From IMG/VR virus record IMGVR_UViG_3300023106_000010, positions 1 through 64,000 of that record: 64,000 nucleotides of DNA; one strand, 5' to 3'. The stretch is from a virus. Positions within the stretch are counted from its first letter, which is position 1. The number at the start of each line of letters is the position of its first letter. The position numbers and the translations under genes are program-made. The notes beneath the pieces are model-generated. The model saw only the letters and a list, made by a program, of their open reading frames with translations. It was not told the DNA's origin and did no database searches. This document shows positions 1 through 10,482 of this stretch, piece by piece.

Positions 1-3
1 ATC

Positions 4-576
4 ATGAAACTCTCAGAAGCAATCGACCGTATCAACAAAGACGACATTGACTCGTGTTATGATATAGAAGTATTTAATAGTGCTTTAGGTATGAACTGTT
101 ATGCTTATGACAGCATTATTAAAGAACGTCTTAAGTATGCATTCCTGACTAAATGGTTGTGCACAGATACATGGGTTGGCGTGCGAGTGTATTTCCTTGA
201 CGGTATTGCGGTTGCTGTAACGAGTCAGACAGCACGTAAGAATGATGAGGAGGTAGAGTTTATCAGTGCTAGTGATGCAGAACGTATGCAAAGGTTCCTG
301 TTAGAACTGTCTCAAGTGGAGCAGCCTAGCTTCAGTGTGTGCAACCTTGACGAAGAGATTGGAGAATTCTACACTGTGGCTTATGGTAGTCAACTACTGA
401 CCAAAGAAGGTTATTACAACGGCTTTAAGGCAACTGTACAGAAAGAGTATGATAGTATGGCAGACATTAAAAAGTGGTCGGTGATTGAGATTTTATACAA
501 TGACGGACAGAGTACAATCTTTAAAGAGATTCCTTTGAGCGAGTTTAAGATTCCTTTTAATGTGGTTAAAGAATAA
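4..576 (+). CDS. hypothetical phage protein (190 aa)
   Basis: Long ORF co-directional with its neighbours; no recognisable motif. Confidence 0.7.
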   Translation: MKLSEAIDRINKDDIDSCYDIEVFNSALGMNCYAYDSIIKERLKYAFLTKWLCTDTWVGVRVYFLDGIAVAVTSQTARKNDEEVEFISASDAERMQRFLLELSQVEQPSFSVCNLDEEIGEFYTVAYGSQLLTKEGYYNGFKATVQKEYDSMADIKKWSVIEILYNDGQSTIFKEIPLSEFKIPFNVVKE

Positions 577-577
577 C

Positions 578-760
578 ATGACAAAATACAACAATTTCAT
601 AGAAGCACTAAAACAGCTTTGCATAGAACATGACGTACAGCTTGATACAGGCTATGACGGCTGTGCAGTGTACGATATGGAAACAGAGGGCTATTCGGCA
701 GGAATGGCCTTTAGTCAGGACATTGTGCCTTATGATGCTACAATTTTGGATGATGAATAA
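578..760 (+). CDS. hypothetical protein, paralog of 56275-56478
   Basis: MTKYNNFIEALKQLCIEHDVQLD resembles MTTKFDNFKAALEALCEEHGVMLD; ATG at 578 follows the previous stop. Confidence 0.65.
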   Translation: MTKYNNFIEALKQLCIEHDVQLDTGYDGCAVYDMETEGYSAGMAFSQDIVPYDATILDDE

Positions 761-763
761 CCC

Positions 764-792
764 TTGACAATCCCCTCACAACACTGTAGAAT
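764..792 (+). promoter_or_regulatory. sigma70-type promoter
   Basis: TTGACA-N17-TAGAAT; spacer contains CCCTCACAAC. Confidence 0.8.
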
Positions 793-824
793 AGCCTCAT
801 ACATTCATTATTTGGAGAAAGATC

Positions 825-980
825 ATGATTACCAAAGAACAAGCAACCATTCTGAAAACTCTTATCATCGAAGAAAAGAAAGCACAGTTTCAAAGCGACA
901 TTAGCAATAAACATTACTCTGACTGGATTTGCGCATCTCAAAAGGTTGAAGATTACATTAACGAATTGACTAGTGAATAA
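825..980 (+). CDS. small hypothetical protein (51 aa, below ORF-track cutoff)
   Basis: GGAGA RBS then ATG; MITKEQATILKTLIIEEKK...; directly downstream of a promoter. Confidence 0.6.
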   Translation: MITKEQATILKTLIIEEKKAQFQSDISNKHYSDWICASQKVEDYINELTSE

Positions 981-1034
981 ACGACAGCCTAACAAATAGG
1001 CTTGCCGAGGAATGTTTTAATTTGCGAGGGATGT

Positions 1035-1373
1035 ATGTATTACAACTTATTTCTAGACGATGAACGACTACCAGAAGATGTAACATGGATCGATTACGGC
1101 AACATTGGTTGCTGGCATACCATCCGCACATTTGACCAATTTAAACAGGCTATTGTGCATTGCATGCCTGAGTACATTTCTTTCGATCATGATATACAAT
1201 GCTTTGATGTTGACAACAATCAAGAATACACTGGGTATGACTGCTTAAAATGGCTTGCATACTATTGTCAACAATACGATTATATGATGCCTGTATGTTT
1301 CTTCCACAGCAAGAATCCTGTAGGTGTAAAGAATATGGAAAGTTATTATAAATCCTATAAGGCGCAAGAATAG
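1035..1373 (+). CDS. cyclic-phosphate-processing receiver-like domain protein
   Basis: Motifs LFLDDER, ISFDHD, TGYD and HSxNPVG typical of this phage receiver-fold family. Confidence 0.7.
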   Translation: MYYNLFLDDERLPEDVTWIDYGNIGCWHTIRTFDQFKQAIVHCMPEYISFDHDIQCFDVDNNQEYTGYDCLKWLAYYCQQYDYMMPVCFFHSKNPVGVKNMESYYKSYKAQE

Positions 1374-1523
1374 GATGATAACAATCCTCTGGACAGAATC
1401 CGACATACCAATAACATTCAAGAAACGTTATATGTTCTGGCGAGAACAATGCATGTGTGACGTGTTGACAAGCGGCTTTCTGGCGTTGTTGGGAATGATG
1501 AATAAGCCTATTAGGGAATCAAA

Positions 1524-4500
1524 ATGACTTATGAAATTGAGCCTCTTACAAAAGAGGAAAAGAAGTGGATTAAAGACTTTCAAAAGCTTATGGATAAATG
1601 TCCGTCTAAGCGTTTTGGTTGCTACACCACAGGAGATTGCAATCTTGCAATATATGATAAACCTGTGTTCGACTCTGTTAGAGAAGAAAGTAGGCGCTAC
1701 GAAGAATTAGATGATGTTATTGTACATCAAGAAATAGGTACAATTCTAGACGAAGTATTTATGCCGTTTCAGGTTGACGGTGTGGCAGGTTGATATGCAA
1801 TCACGTAATCAACGAGAAGGCCACTATGCCGGATACACCCGTTGGCACGGAGGACATCATTACAGGCGTAAATTCTTCGTTCGTACAGCTACAATGACAA
1901 AGTGCGGAGCTATTGTTGTAAAACGGCACAACAAATAATTGTACATTTCTCTTGCGTTGGTGCGGAAGATATGAGATGATGTGTCTATCGGTAGCGCAAG
2001 CGAACGACAAGCGAAGCGCAGAATTGGAAGTGCAGAGGTAAGCACCGAACGATTGGAAGCAAACACACAACAGGAGGAACAAAATGCTCAAGTTCACAAT
2101 AGCTAAGAAAACTTGCAAATGCTTCCTGTGTGGTGCAGAAATCAAAGAAGGACAGAAAGCACAATGGTTCGAGAAAGTTTCTACAGGTCATGGTGAGTGG
2201 TCCGGCAAAGCTTACAATCGTACACAATGGAAATTGATCTGCGAAAGCGGCTGTGGTGATCGTTTGCACGCCAAAGAGTTACTAGCTAAGACTACCAAAG
2301 AACAACAAGATGCTCATTTCTTGATAGCTCAACTGAGGTCCATAGCTACACCAGAACAGGATATTATTAAGATGATTGACTACTACGCGCAGAAGGGTAT
2401 TGTCGTATCATGACCACCCTAATCAAATACCTACAGCAACACTCTATCAACGTCCTCTCCGCGCATGAGGGAAAGATTGTTGTAGAGGCTGTTTACAGCA
2501 AGGATGGAGTAGCATTTTCGCAAGAGGAAACTATTGAGGCTGATTTTGGGGCTGTGCGGGATTGGCTGGGATACTAGCGCAAGCTAGTCTTTCTCTGATT
2601 TACATTCGATCAAGTATTAAGGATAAAATCATGAATACATACAAAATTGTTGTTAAAGATACCGGTGAAGAACTGCGAGTTTTCTACGGCGATGTCTACC
2701 TTGACGAGTGTCTCTCTACTTGGAGACGTGTCATTGGTAAAGAGATTATTGCTGTTCTTGTAAAAGGGTAGAAATAGCTTGCATTCCCTCACAACATAGC
2801 GTATTATTCTTTACATGGGCTGAGGCAATGTGCTGAGGCGGAATGATTCTTAGGAGAAATAACATGCAAGTCAAGATTACATATAATAGCAACGATAACG
2901 CAATCTTCACCGGCGTAACGAGTATTGTCGAAAAGAGCGACGGCTACGGCAGCAAAGTTTATTCTTTGTACAGTGCTGAAGGATTGCTGTATAGTATTGG
3001 CGACAGTCAGATCAAAACTATTGAGATTGTATGAAAATTCGTTGGTATGATGATGACCAATACGTTACCGCCGAAACTGTTGAATCTAGTATGAAAGGAA
3101 TTCCCATGTTCAAACAAGGTGACATTGTGGTATGTGTTGACGATGAAGATTCAGAGGCTAACGCTCTGTGCGTAATGCCTCTTTTGCAACACTTGGCACA
3201 ATACACTGTAGAAGACTCTGAGACATTCTTTGTCAAGCTGGAGGGTGTTCAGGGTGAGTGGCATGAGACTAGGTTTGTTTTGGCTGAGGAGGATGTATGA
3301 GCAAAATAACGTTTAAAGGAGATATGACGCCTCCTAAGTACGAACATGGTCAAGCTGTGCGCTACCTTAGTAGCGATGGCGTAGTACAGCACAGGAAGCA
3401 TTCTAAGGACACTAATAGCTGGAGTTATGGCGTTGTGTTCGGAGGAATGCTAGGTTTGCAATGGATGAGTGAGGAGCATGTTAAGGTTTGTGCTGTCTCA
3501 GAATAACAACATTCAATTTATTTGAAGAATTCTCTTGTGTTCTTTGTGGATGGGTGTATACTTAATACATCGAGCAAGCAAACACAAACAGGAGAAAATC
3601 ATGAACGTAATCGAACTCTTCAAAGACATCAAAAGCGAATGCCTCACTGAAGTAAAATCCGCTGCTGTCACTTTCTATAGTGACGTACGAGGACTAACGA
3701 TTCGACAGACATTCTACGTCTACCCTGATGATTCCATTGTTAGTCTTATGTCATTCGACGGTGGTTATGAAGTTGTTAGCCTTAATAACGAAGAGTCCTC
3801 TATTTTCCGTCATCTCAATCAAAGCTACTTCTACCTATAATGAAAATCATCAAAATGAACTATAGCCGTAACCCTTGGAGGCTTGTAACCTCTGAGGGAA
3901 TGGAAGTGTATATTGACACTCCTATGAAGCATCCGTCACTAGGGGAGACTATTATAAATGGGCCTGTGTGCGGAGCGACTAAAGCGGATTGCCAAGAAAT
4001 TGCTTTGAGTATGTTGGAGCATTTTCTTAAAAGGAAGTAATCTTCGTTGTAAGAACACAACATAACAAATAATTACGCTCATGTGCAAATAATGCTTGCA
4101 TGTGGGCTTTGTTACGTATATAATTACTACATCAACTAAGGAGAACAACATGATTAAGACTTGTAACGGTTGTAGGGCCATGGAGACATCACAATACAGT
4201 AAGTGTTTGCTAGGGTACAAACTAGATGTTGTTAAGACCCTATTGGGAGTTCAAGTAGGGTGTAAGCCTAGTGGTGGGGATTGCCCTAAGCCTAAGAACA
4301 ATGATGATCTGTGTTATTACTTGTTGAGGAAACATCAATTATGACTATTACAAAGAACATCGGCTACGCATACCCTACTAGCCCTCTCGCTAAAGAGCTA
4401 GGCTATGGTCCTGTAGGCTGCTGGTACATAGCCCTGTATGACGATGACAATCCCATCAAGAACAATAACGTATGCGCAGCGGCTGAGAAGAGGGAAGGAC

Positions 4501-4571
4501 TGATAAGCCTTGTTCCAGCCTTCGCAGGTAGTCATGTTGCATGGGGTAAGTACAGTATGCATAAAGAATAA
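1524..4571 (+). other. cluster of small early-type hypothetical ORFs (e.g. 1524-1793, 2084-2413, 2631-2771, 2864-3034, 3031-3300, 3297-3506, 3601-3840, 3840-4040, 4150-4344, 4341-4571)
   Basis: Tightly packed + strand ORFs with GGAG/AGGA RBSs and interspersed promoters (2779-2807, ~3535-3563, ~4096-4123). Confidence 0.7.
2779..2807 (+). promoter_or_regulatory. sigma70-type promoter
   Basis: TTGCAT-N17-TATTAT; spacer contains CCCTCACAAC. Confidence 0.6.
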
Positions 4572-4598
4572 CCATTGAGGATAGGTACAACAGAACAC

Positions 4599-4626
4599 AG
4601 AGGCCACCCTATGAGGTGGTCTTTTG
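4599..4626 (+). terminator. intrinsic terminator ending the early + strand cluster
   Basis: AGAGGCCACC-ctatga-GGTGGTCTTT hairpin plus T run. Confidence 0.75.
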
Positions 4627-5500
4627 CTATCTAAAAGTATCGTAATATAGTACTTATAGTAGTCTCACACAGTACCTCTTATTGTGCCTAAAATATAGGC
4701 AGCTATCATACACTATAGTAAGTGTTATACCTGACCAACACACTGCCTAATTATTGTGCAGTATTAAACCCACAATTCCCACCCGAATCCCCTCGCATCT
4801 TATCGCGCAGAACATTCTCATTAATAACCAACGAGTCATTAATATCCTACAATGTTGCTACAAGGTAACGCTCTCAACTGTTTCCAAGAAGCATTATGTT
4901 ACAGCAGAGTAACAATTAGCAGCCTGATAACATATCGAGCAGGGATTATTCAGCAGAGGGGTTGTGAGGGGCTGTATGGGCAAGCATAGGTGACATATCA
5001 AAGCGGCAGAATGGGAGGCTCTGAGAGGGTGTAGAGGCTTGATTACAAAGGGATTATAGGCGGCAGATAAAGCGGCAGCTATCACGAATAGACATGCAGA
5101 TTATGAATGACCAGATGAGAATCATTCCTATCCTATAATCATTTGAATAGAGGGAGGACGGCTGCAATAGGTGGTTACGAGGGTAAACTACTGTACGAAT
5201 ATACAGATATTTCGTTGTCTTAGTAGCAACACTACAGCCACCGTGCGGCAGGTTTAATACCACTTGCGCCTATGACCATTTCCAAAGACACTCTCAACGC
5301 ACCAAAATTGTGCAAAATAATCCTGCCAATAAGGCGCAAATAAGCTCAGATATTCTGCAAATAAGCCCTATCTAAGAAATAGAAATAGGGACTCTTTCAA
5401 AAAATTATTTTCAAAATTTCCTGTAAATATTCTTGCACAATATAGGAAATCTCTGTACAATCTCTACATCGAGAATGAATTACTGGAAAGAGATAAAATC
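4627..5500. other. ~0.87-kb non-coding region (candidate origin, res or packaging site)
   Basis: No credible ORF; phased GC(A/C)AATAA repeats; C-rich then G-rich segments; inverted repeat over the recombinase promoter. Confidence 0.45.
5433..5461 (+). promoter_or_regulatory. promoter of the serine recombinase, overlapped by an inverted repeat
   Basis: TTGCAC-N17-TACAAT; ATTTCCTGTA (5416-5425) / TATAGGAAAT (5441-5450). Confidence 0.55.
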
Positions 5501-6175
5501 ATGACAAAAGTGTATGGGTATTTGAGAATTAGTACGAGCAATAAAAATCAGACTACTGATAACCAAAAGAAAGAAATTCTTGATGCTGGCTTTGCTGTGA
5601 GTGAGTGGTTCTCCGATGACGGAGTGTCAGGCACTGTAGATGCGTTCTCTCGCCCAAAGTTCAAACAGATGATTGAGAAGTGCGAAGCAGGGGACACAGT
5701 GGTCATCGTGAAAATTGATAGGCTAGGGAGAACGTCTGTTGACACTTTGCAAACTATCAAGCAAATCAAAGAAAAGAAAATCTGCTTAGTGGTCATCCAA
5801 CTGGGTAAGATGGACATCACCAGTTCTGCTGGCAAGATGATGATTACGATGCTTACTGCGGTGGCTGAGATGGAACGAGACATGATTGTAGAGAGGATTC
5901 ATGCTGGATTGGAACGTACTAAAGCACAAGGAACCAAACTAGGTCCACCTTTGAAGTTGACACCAGAAATCCTTTCAAGTATGATTGAAGATAGAAAATC
6001 TGGTGCCAAGCTGAAAGACATAGCACTAAAGCACGGCGTTCATTCTAGCTTAGTTGATCGCAATGTAAAGCGATGGGAGGGGAAGATGCCCGAATATTTG
6101 AAAGAGCACGAGCGGAGGGAAGTACAATATCAAGCTTCGTTTCAGAAGAGGGTGAATGGGTCTGCACAAAGTTAA
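5501..6175 (+). CDS. small serine recombinase (resolvase/invertase family)
   Basis: YGYLRIST catalytic Ser motif, DRLGR, AEMERDMIVERIHAGLERTKAQGTKLG, C-terminal HTH. Confidence 0.93.
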   Translation: MTKVYGYLRISTSNKNQTTDNQKKEILDAGFAVSEWFSDDGVSGTVDAFSRPKFKQMIEKCEAGDTVVIVKIDRLGRTSVDTLQTIKQIKEKKICLVVIQLGKMDITSSAGKMMITMLTAVAEMERDMIVERIHAGLERTKAQGTKLGPPLKLTPEILSSMIEDRKSGAKLKDIALKHGVHSSLVDRNVKRWEGKMPEYLKEHERREVQYQASFQKRVNGSAQS

Positions 6176-7397
6176 CTAGGTTATCAAAATCTTCCGAACT
6201 GACTGCCTCTTCACGGAAACCAGAGATGTTCTGAGAGCAGATTTCAAAATTATGGAAAATTTTACTCTCTACTGCCAAAGTCTTCTTCCCAGAGAAGTTG
6301 AAGATTCTTTGCTCAGTAATTGTGTAACCATATTTGTAAAGCTCTGATACGTGTCTTTGCAGCCTTTTCTCAATTTGATTTGAAATACCATAACCTGTGA
6401 AATTGCCGCCCTCACCTTCTATTTTGAGAATGTATAAGCTACCGGGTAAACTTGTCTTATACCCACCGCCTACCCTGCACAAAGGACATTGTATTTCTCT
6501 CGTTTTCATAGTAAGCACACTGCTATCAAAATTGCCATGATGCTCGCAGAACATTTTAAATTTCAGTTTACTGGTATGTTGCCAGTTGTTTTTCTCGTGG
6601 AATCCTACAAAAGAGTAATGAGCTTTTTCAGGTGAACTGAGGTGTTGTTCTATTTGAAAGCGCCTTTGCTCGACAGAATAGATAAAGTGTTCGCCACATC
6701 TACAGGGTAAGTTCCCTTTCTGTAGTTGTTGTGCAGTTGTTTCAAATACACCTGAACACAAACCTTGCTGTACATATTCATCCTCGCTACAAATACCGCA
6801 AGTCATCGCCCACTTGTTTCCAGTATTGTGACCTTCAAGACTAATCTTTCTCTTTTCAGGCGTCCTCCAGAATACGGAACCTTCTGGATACCTTTTCAAA
6901 GCTGTTATATTTTCAATGATAAGTTGTTCATCCACAGTTCGACGTTCGGATATAAAATTCTTTTCACACTCTATGCACATCCCTTTGTACCTACTGCCAA
7001 GAATCACATGTACGTCAACTGTGTTCCATATAGTATTATGCACAGTGCACCGCAAAGTCAATCTGGTGTCCACTCCACGGTAAGGCTCGGCGAAGCCTAT
7101 AAGTTCTAAATTGAAACCCTTCTCAACAATTCTCCTACGAATCCTTAACAACATTTGTTCCGGGCTGTATTGGTAAGCTCCACATCCACAAGGTTGAATT
7201 CCTTTATTGAGATTCCCTGACGTAATAGTGAATACACCGTCTCCAAACATCTCATGGTCTTTTGAGCAGATAGAGCACTTTATGTATAGCATTCTCTTAC
7301 CACCAACTCCTGCTTTAGTATCCACATCAACTACTTCCAACTGCTTGTGTTTTCCAAAAACTTCTCCGATGTAACTTTCAAGACTTCTCGACGCCAT
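6045..7397 (-). CDS. multi-zinc-ribbon protein with C-terminal GIY-YIG/T5orf172-like nuclease (putative homing endonuclease)
   Basis: Repeated CxxC...PCxC modules; LYILKI...GYGISN..EKRL..H at the C-terminus. Confidence 0.65.
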   Translation of the reverse strand: MASRSLESYIGEVFGKHKQLEVVDVDTKAGVGGKRMLYIKCSICSKDHEMFGDGVFTITSGNLNKGIQPCGCGAYQYSPEQMLLRIRRRIVEKGFNLELIGFAEPYRGVDTRLTLRCTVHNTIWNTVDVHVILGSRYKGMCIECEKNFISERRTVDEQLIIENITALKRYPEGSVFWRTPEKRKISLEGHNTGNKWAMTCGICSEDEYVQQGLCSGVFETTAQQLQKGNLPCRCGEHFIYSVEQRRFQIEQHLSSPEKAHYSFVGFHEKNNWQHTSKLKFKMFCEHHGNFDSSVLTMKTREIQCPLCRVGGGYKTSLPGSLYILKIEGEGGNFTGYGISNQIEKRLQRHVSELYKYGYTITEQRIFNFSGKKTLAVESKIFHNFEICSQNISGFREEAVSSEDFDNLVNFVQTHSPSSETKLDIVLPSARALSNIRASSPPIALHCDQLS

Positions 7398-7607
7398 TCA
7401 CATCTCCCTCAATTGTTGTAAAGCATCCTCAAGAATCTTGATGGCCTTCAGTTTTGTAGTTACTTCTGCCTCTATCACAAGTTCTCCCTTGCACACAGAT
7501 ACTAGGTTCTTCCTACACCAAGCCTCAGAGCAATCTAGTTGGTCAGCGATTTGTGCGTAGGTGTATCCTAACTCCCGAAGTTTTGTTGCTTTAAGTTTAT
7601 CTACCAT
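7398..7607 (-). CDS. small HTH DNA-binding protein
   Basis: LRELGYTYAQIADQLDCSEAWCRK; own promoter TTGACA-N16-TATAAT at ~7663-7638. Confidence 0.7.
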   Translation of the reverse strand: MVDKLKATKLRELGYTYAQIADQLDCSEAWCRKNLVSVCKGELVIEAEVTTKLKAIKILEDALQQLREM

Positions 7608-8587
7608 AACTTCCTTTCTTTATCTATATAAGGTCTATTATATCAGAATTCTGTGTATTGTCAATGGGTAACTCCTGCCCGACTTAATCGCATGCGATAC
7701 TCACATAAAATAAAAGCCCTCCGAAGAGAGCCTCTGTTACTTCCCAACCTTAAAAGCATATAACAGACAAATCACCCAGAATTGCCAGCTATTGTAAAAC
7801 ATGATATTTGCTGTGCCTAGCGTAGCTCCCATTAGGATAGGTTGCCAAGCATGTTTTAGAAATTCTTTCATCGAGGATTCTTTCTACGTTCAGGAATCTG
7901 AGGCTTAGGAAGCTTGCTATCCTCAAAAACATAGCTGCCATCAGCAATAGCATTGGCCTCAGAAATCATCCTACGCACGAGTGCCAGTTCGTCCTCAGAC
8001 AACTTACGCTTACGAGAGAAGCTTCCGAAGAGGGCTTGGAATAAATTCTTAAACATTGAATACCACCAATCTCTCCGGGAAATTAATAGCGACCTTGCTA
8101 TCGTCAAGATAAATCTTACCGTCTTTGATAAGAGTAACAGTTCGCTTCTCAATGAAAGGGCTTCGACCAAGCATCTTGGGTTTCAGCACAACATCTCCTG
8201 CAATGATGGTCATACCAAACATGTCATTCATCGCCAACCTCCACTTCATACATTGTATAACAATCCCTAGGGTCATAAGCATTCATAGACTCTACACACT
8301 CTTCTGCCTTACGCTGCGAGTGAAACACCATGTAGGGTTCGTCACAGCCATAGCTGCCCCAGCGGTCAACCATTACTAAGTACATCATTGTTCTCCCTTC
8401 ATGACAGCAATAAACTCCACAAGCTCCTGTACACTCACATAACTAGGACAAGTGCAGAGGCTTGTCATGTGCCGTATTTGCTTCATAAGTGCATCCTTCT
8501 CTTTCTGCACAGCGTCTTTTTCTGTCAACATTATACTCTCCATAAGAAAAGCCCTGAAGCCTTTCGGACATCAGGGCAATGAACTAA

Positions 8588-9271
8588 TTATACGGCAGGG
8601 TTCTCAGGCTTGTCAAGAGCTTTAGAGGGAGTTTTCTTGATGCGTGGCTTGCGTTGTGCTTTTTGTGCTTGCTTCTGCATTTCAAACATCTTGGCTTGCA
8701 TCTTCTCAATACGAGCAGTAGCACGTTCGCACCACTCTTCCGGCCCCATAGCAATGTCTACCCCTTTCAGCATTTCCTCAATCTCGTAATCCGACAAGAA
8801 GAACTGGTAATGGTTGCGGAAGATTTTCTCCATGTGTTGCAGAGAAAAGGGAGCTTGCACCTTAACCTCGTTGAAGTTGCCGCCGTAACCAAGACTGCCA
8901 TTATGGAAAAGTGCTTCAAAGTCTTCTGACAACTCAAAACTGTCTCCAGCAAGAAGCAGCAGAGTAGCAGCAGAGGCATTGGAACCTGTAGCGCAAATAT
9001 GTACAGTACCTTCCGTCTTGTTGATACCGTGGAGCAAGCTACTAATGGCCGACAGATTTCCACCCAAACTACAGAGGTTGATAACTAATTCGTCTTCTTC
9101 TCGCATGTTGTTCAGGACAGTGACAATCTGGGAGAATTGTGCTGGAGAGTTGATGTAGCCGAAAAGGTCTGCTACATAGGTGCCATGTTTTGCGGGGAAA
9201 AATTGCACTTGGATTTCTTCATGCATCTCTTCAGTGTAGCTGCCAGCTTTCTTTGGTTGCTGTTTGTTCAT
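8588..9271 (-). CDS. ClpP-family protease-like protein
   Basis: INLCSLGG, ASAATLLLLAGD (catalytic Ser), LFH (catalytic His); terminator-like hairpin at 8548-8578. Confidence 0.8.
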   Translation of the reverse strand: MNKQQPKKAGSYTEEMHEEIQVQFFPAKHGTYVADLFGYINSPAQFSQIVTVLNNMREEDELVINLCSLGGNLSAISSLLHGINKTEGTVHICATGSNASAATLLLLAGDSFELSEDFEALFHNGSLGYGGNFNEVKVQAPFSLQHMEKIFRNHYQFFLSDYEIEEMLKGVDIAMGPEEWCERATARIEKMQAKMFEMQKQAQKAQRKPRIKKTPSKALDKPENPAV

Positions 9272-9272
9272 A

Positions 9273-10076
9273 TTAATCCTTCAAATGATAATAAACTTTA
9301 GACAATGCTTTGACTACACCAGATCGCTGAATGTCGTCCAATGTGTATCGCACAACACCAAGATCGTTATGAATAACCTTCAGATCATTGTCATCCAAAT
9401 AATCAGGCTCGTTCTCTTTGACATTATCCAGCATGTTCATAAGTTTGGTCAGTCCAGAGTTGTCCTTAGCAGCGGCCTGACGCTCATCGCCTGTGAAACA
9501 AACTTGACCACCTTTGCCGATACGAGTAAGGAGCATTTCATACTCTTGGAAAGTCAGACCTTGTGACTCTTCACAGATTACGTAGACATCTTCAAAAGAG
9601 TGGCCTCGAAGGTGCTCTACAGCTTGATATTCAATGATGCCTTTATCAAGACAATACTGAGTGTAGCCTTTACCGAGGAATTTCTCCAAGTGGTTGACTG
9701 TCTGCTTGAACCATACTGAGAGTTTTTCTTCTGCTGAGCCAGCTAACATTCCGATGCTGTTACCAACATAGACAACAGGGCGAATGAGCATAATCTTCTC
9801 GATCTTCTTTTGCTTCAGAAGACAAGCAGCATGGTAAGCAGCAACCATCGACTTACCACTACCCGGAGCACCGATAGCCCACACAGCACTGCGACCTTCT
9901 TGCAAGTATTTCAATTGACGGTGTTGATTAGGGGTAGCGGGTACAAACTTTGGCAGGGGTGCTTGGATGGATGTTTCGATTTCCAGAGCGTTTTCAAGAA
10001 ATTTAGCTTTAGTCTGAGGCTTAGCCAAATCATGTTCAACTTTAGTACGACGGCTTGCTACACGTTGTTTGCTCAC
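9273..10076 (-). CDS. phoH: PhoH-family ATPase
   Basis: GAPGSGKS Walker A, LIRP, HLRGHSF, EESQ, LLTRIG, GDERQ, IQRS; GTG start with AAGGA RBS. Confidence 0.92.
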   Translation of the reverse strand: MSKQRVASRRTKVEHDLAKPQTKAKFLENALEIETSIQAPLPKFVPATPNQHRQLKYLQEGRSAVWAIGAPGSGKSMVAAYHAACLLKQKKIEKIMLIRPVVYVGNSIGMLAGSAEEKLSVWFKQTVNHLEKFLGKGYTQYCLDKGIIEYQAVEHLRGHSFEDVYVICEESQGLTFQEYEMLLTRIGKGGQVCFTGDERQAAAKDNSGLTKLMNMLDNVKENEPDYLDDNDLKVIHNDLGVVRYTLDDIQRSGVVKALSKVYYHLKD

Positions 10077-10215
10077 GTTATTTCCTTTAGTTTTATTTCT
10101 CAAAGAACTTCTACCTCAAAATCAGTACATTGTGCAAACTCTTTCTTACAGCCAATACAATTACCACAACACTCAGAATCCTGTTCCAGTTGTTTCAAAG
10201 TCCATTCCATTACGT

Positions 10216-10482
10216 TCATTGTGCAGCCTTATTCTGAGGTGGACGACCAGCCTTCTTTACAGGAGGTGTAATTGCAGTGGATTTAAAGAAATCATTATCT
10301 GGGCCTTTTGGTTTCTCAGGAAACACTTCAGCATGTTCATCCTTCACAAGAGTTACTTCGTAGTACACAAAGTGTGCAACAGGGTAATGATTCTCGTCAA
10401 TCTCCCATCCTGCACGAAGATGGTCTTGCACTTCTAGCATAAGCACAGCAAAGTTTGGGTTAGTGATAGTTTTAGACGGCAT
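10216..10482 (-). CDS. hypothetical protein with AT-hook-like C-terminus
   Basis: AGGAG RBS; ends in KKAGRPP. Confidence 0.55.
   Translation of the reverse strand: MPSKTITNPNFAVLMLEVQDHLRAGWEIDENHYPVAHFVYYEVTLVKDEHAEVFPEKPKGPDNDFFKSTAITPPVKKAGRPPQNKAAQ

Noticed and set aside
5501-6175. Prophage integrase or IS607 transposase
   Set aside because: Only 224 aa with the catalytic domain first and HTH last; no recombinase/Zn-ribbon domains, no tnpB, no att or host boundary visible
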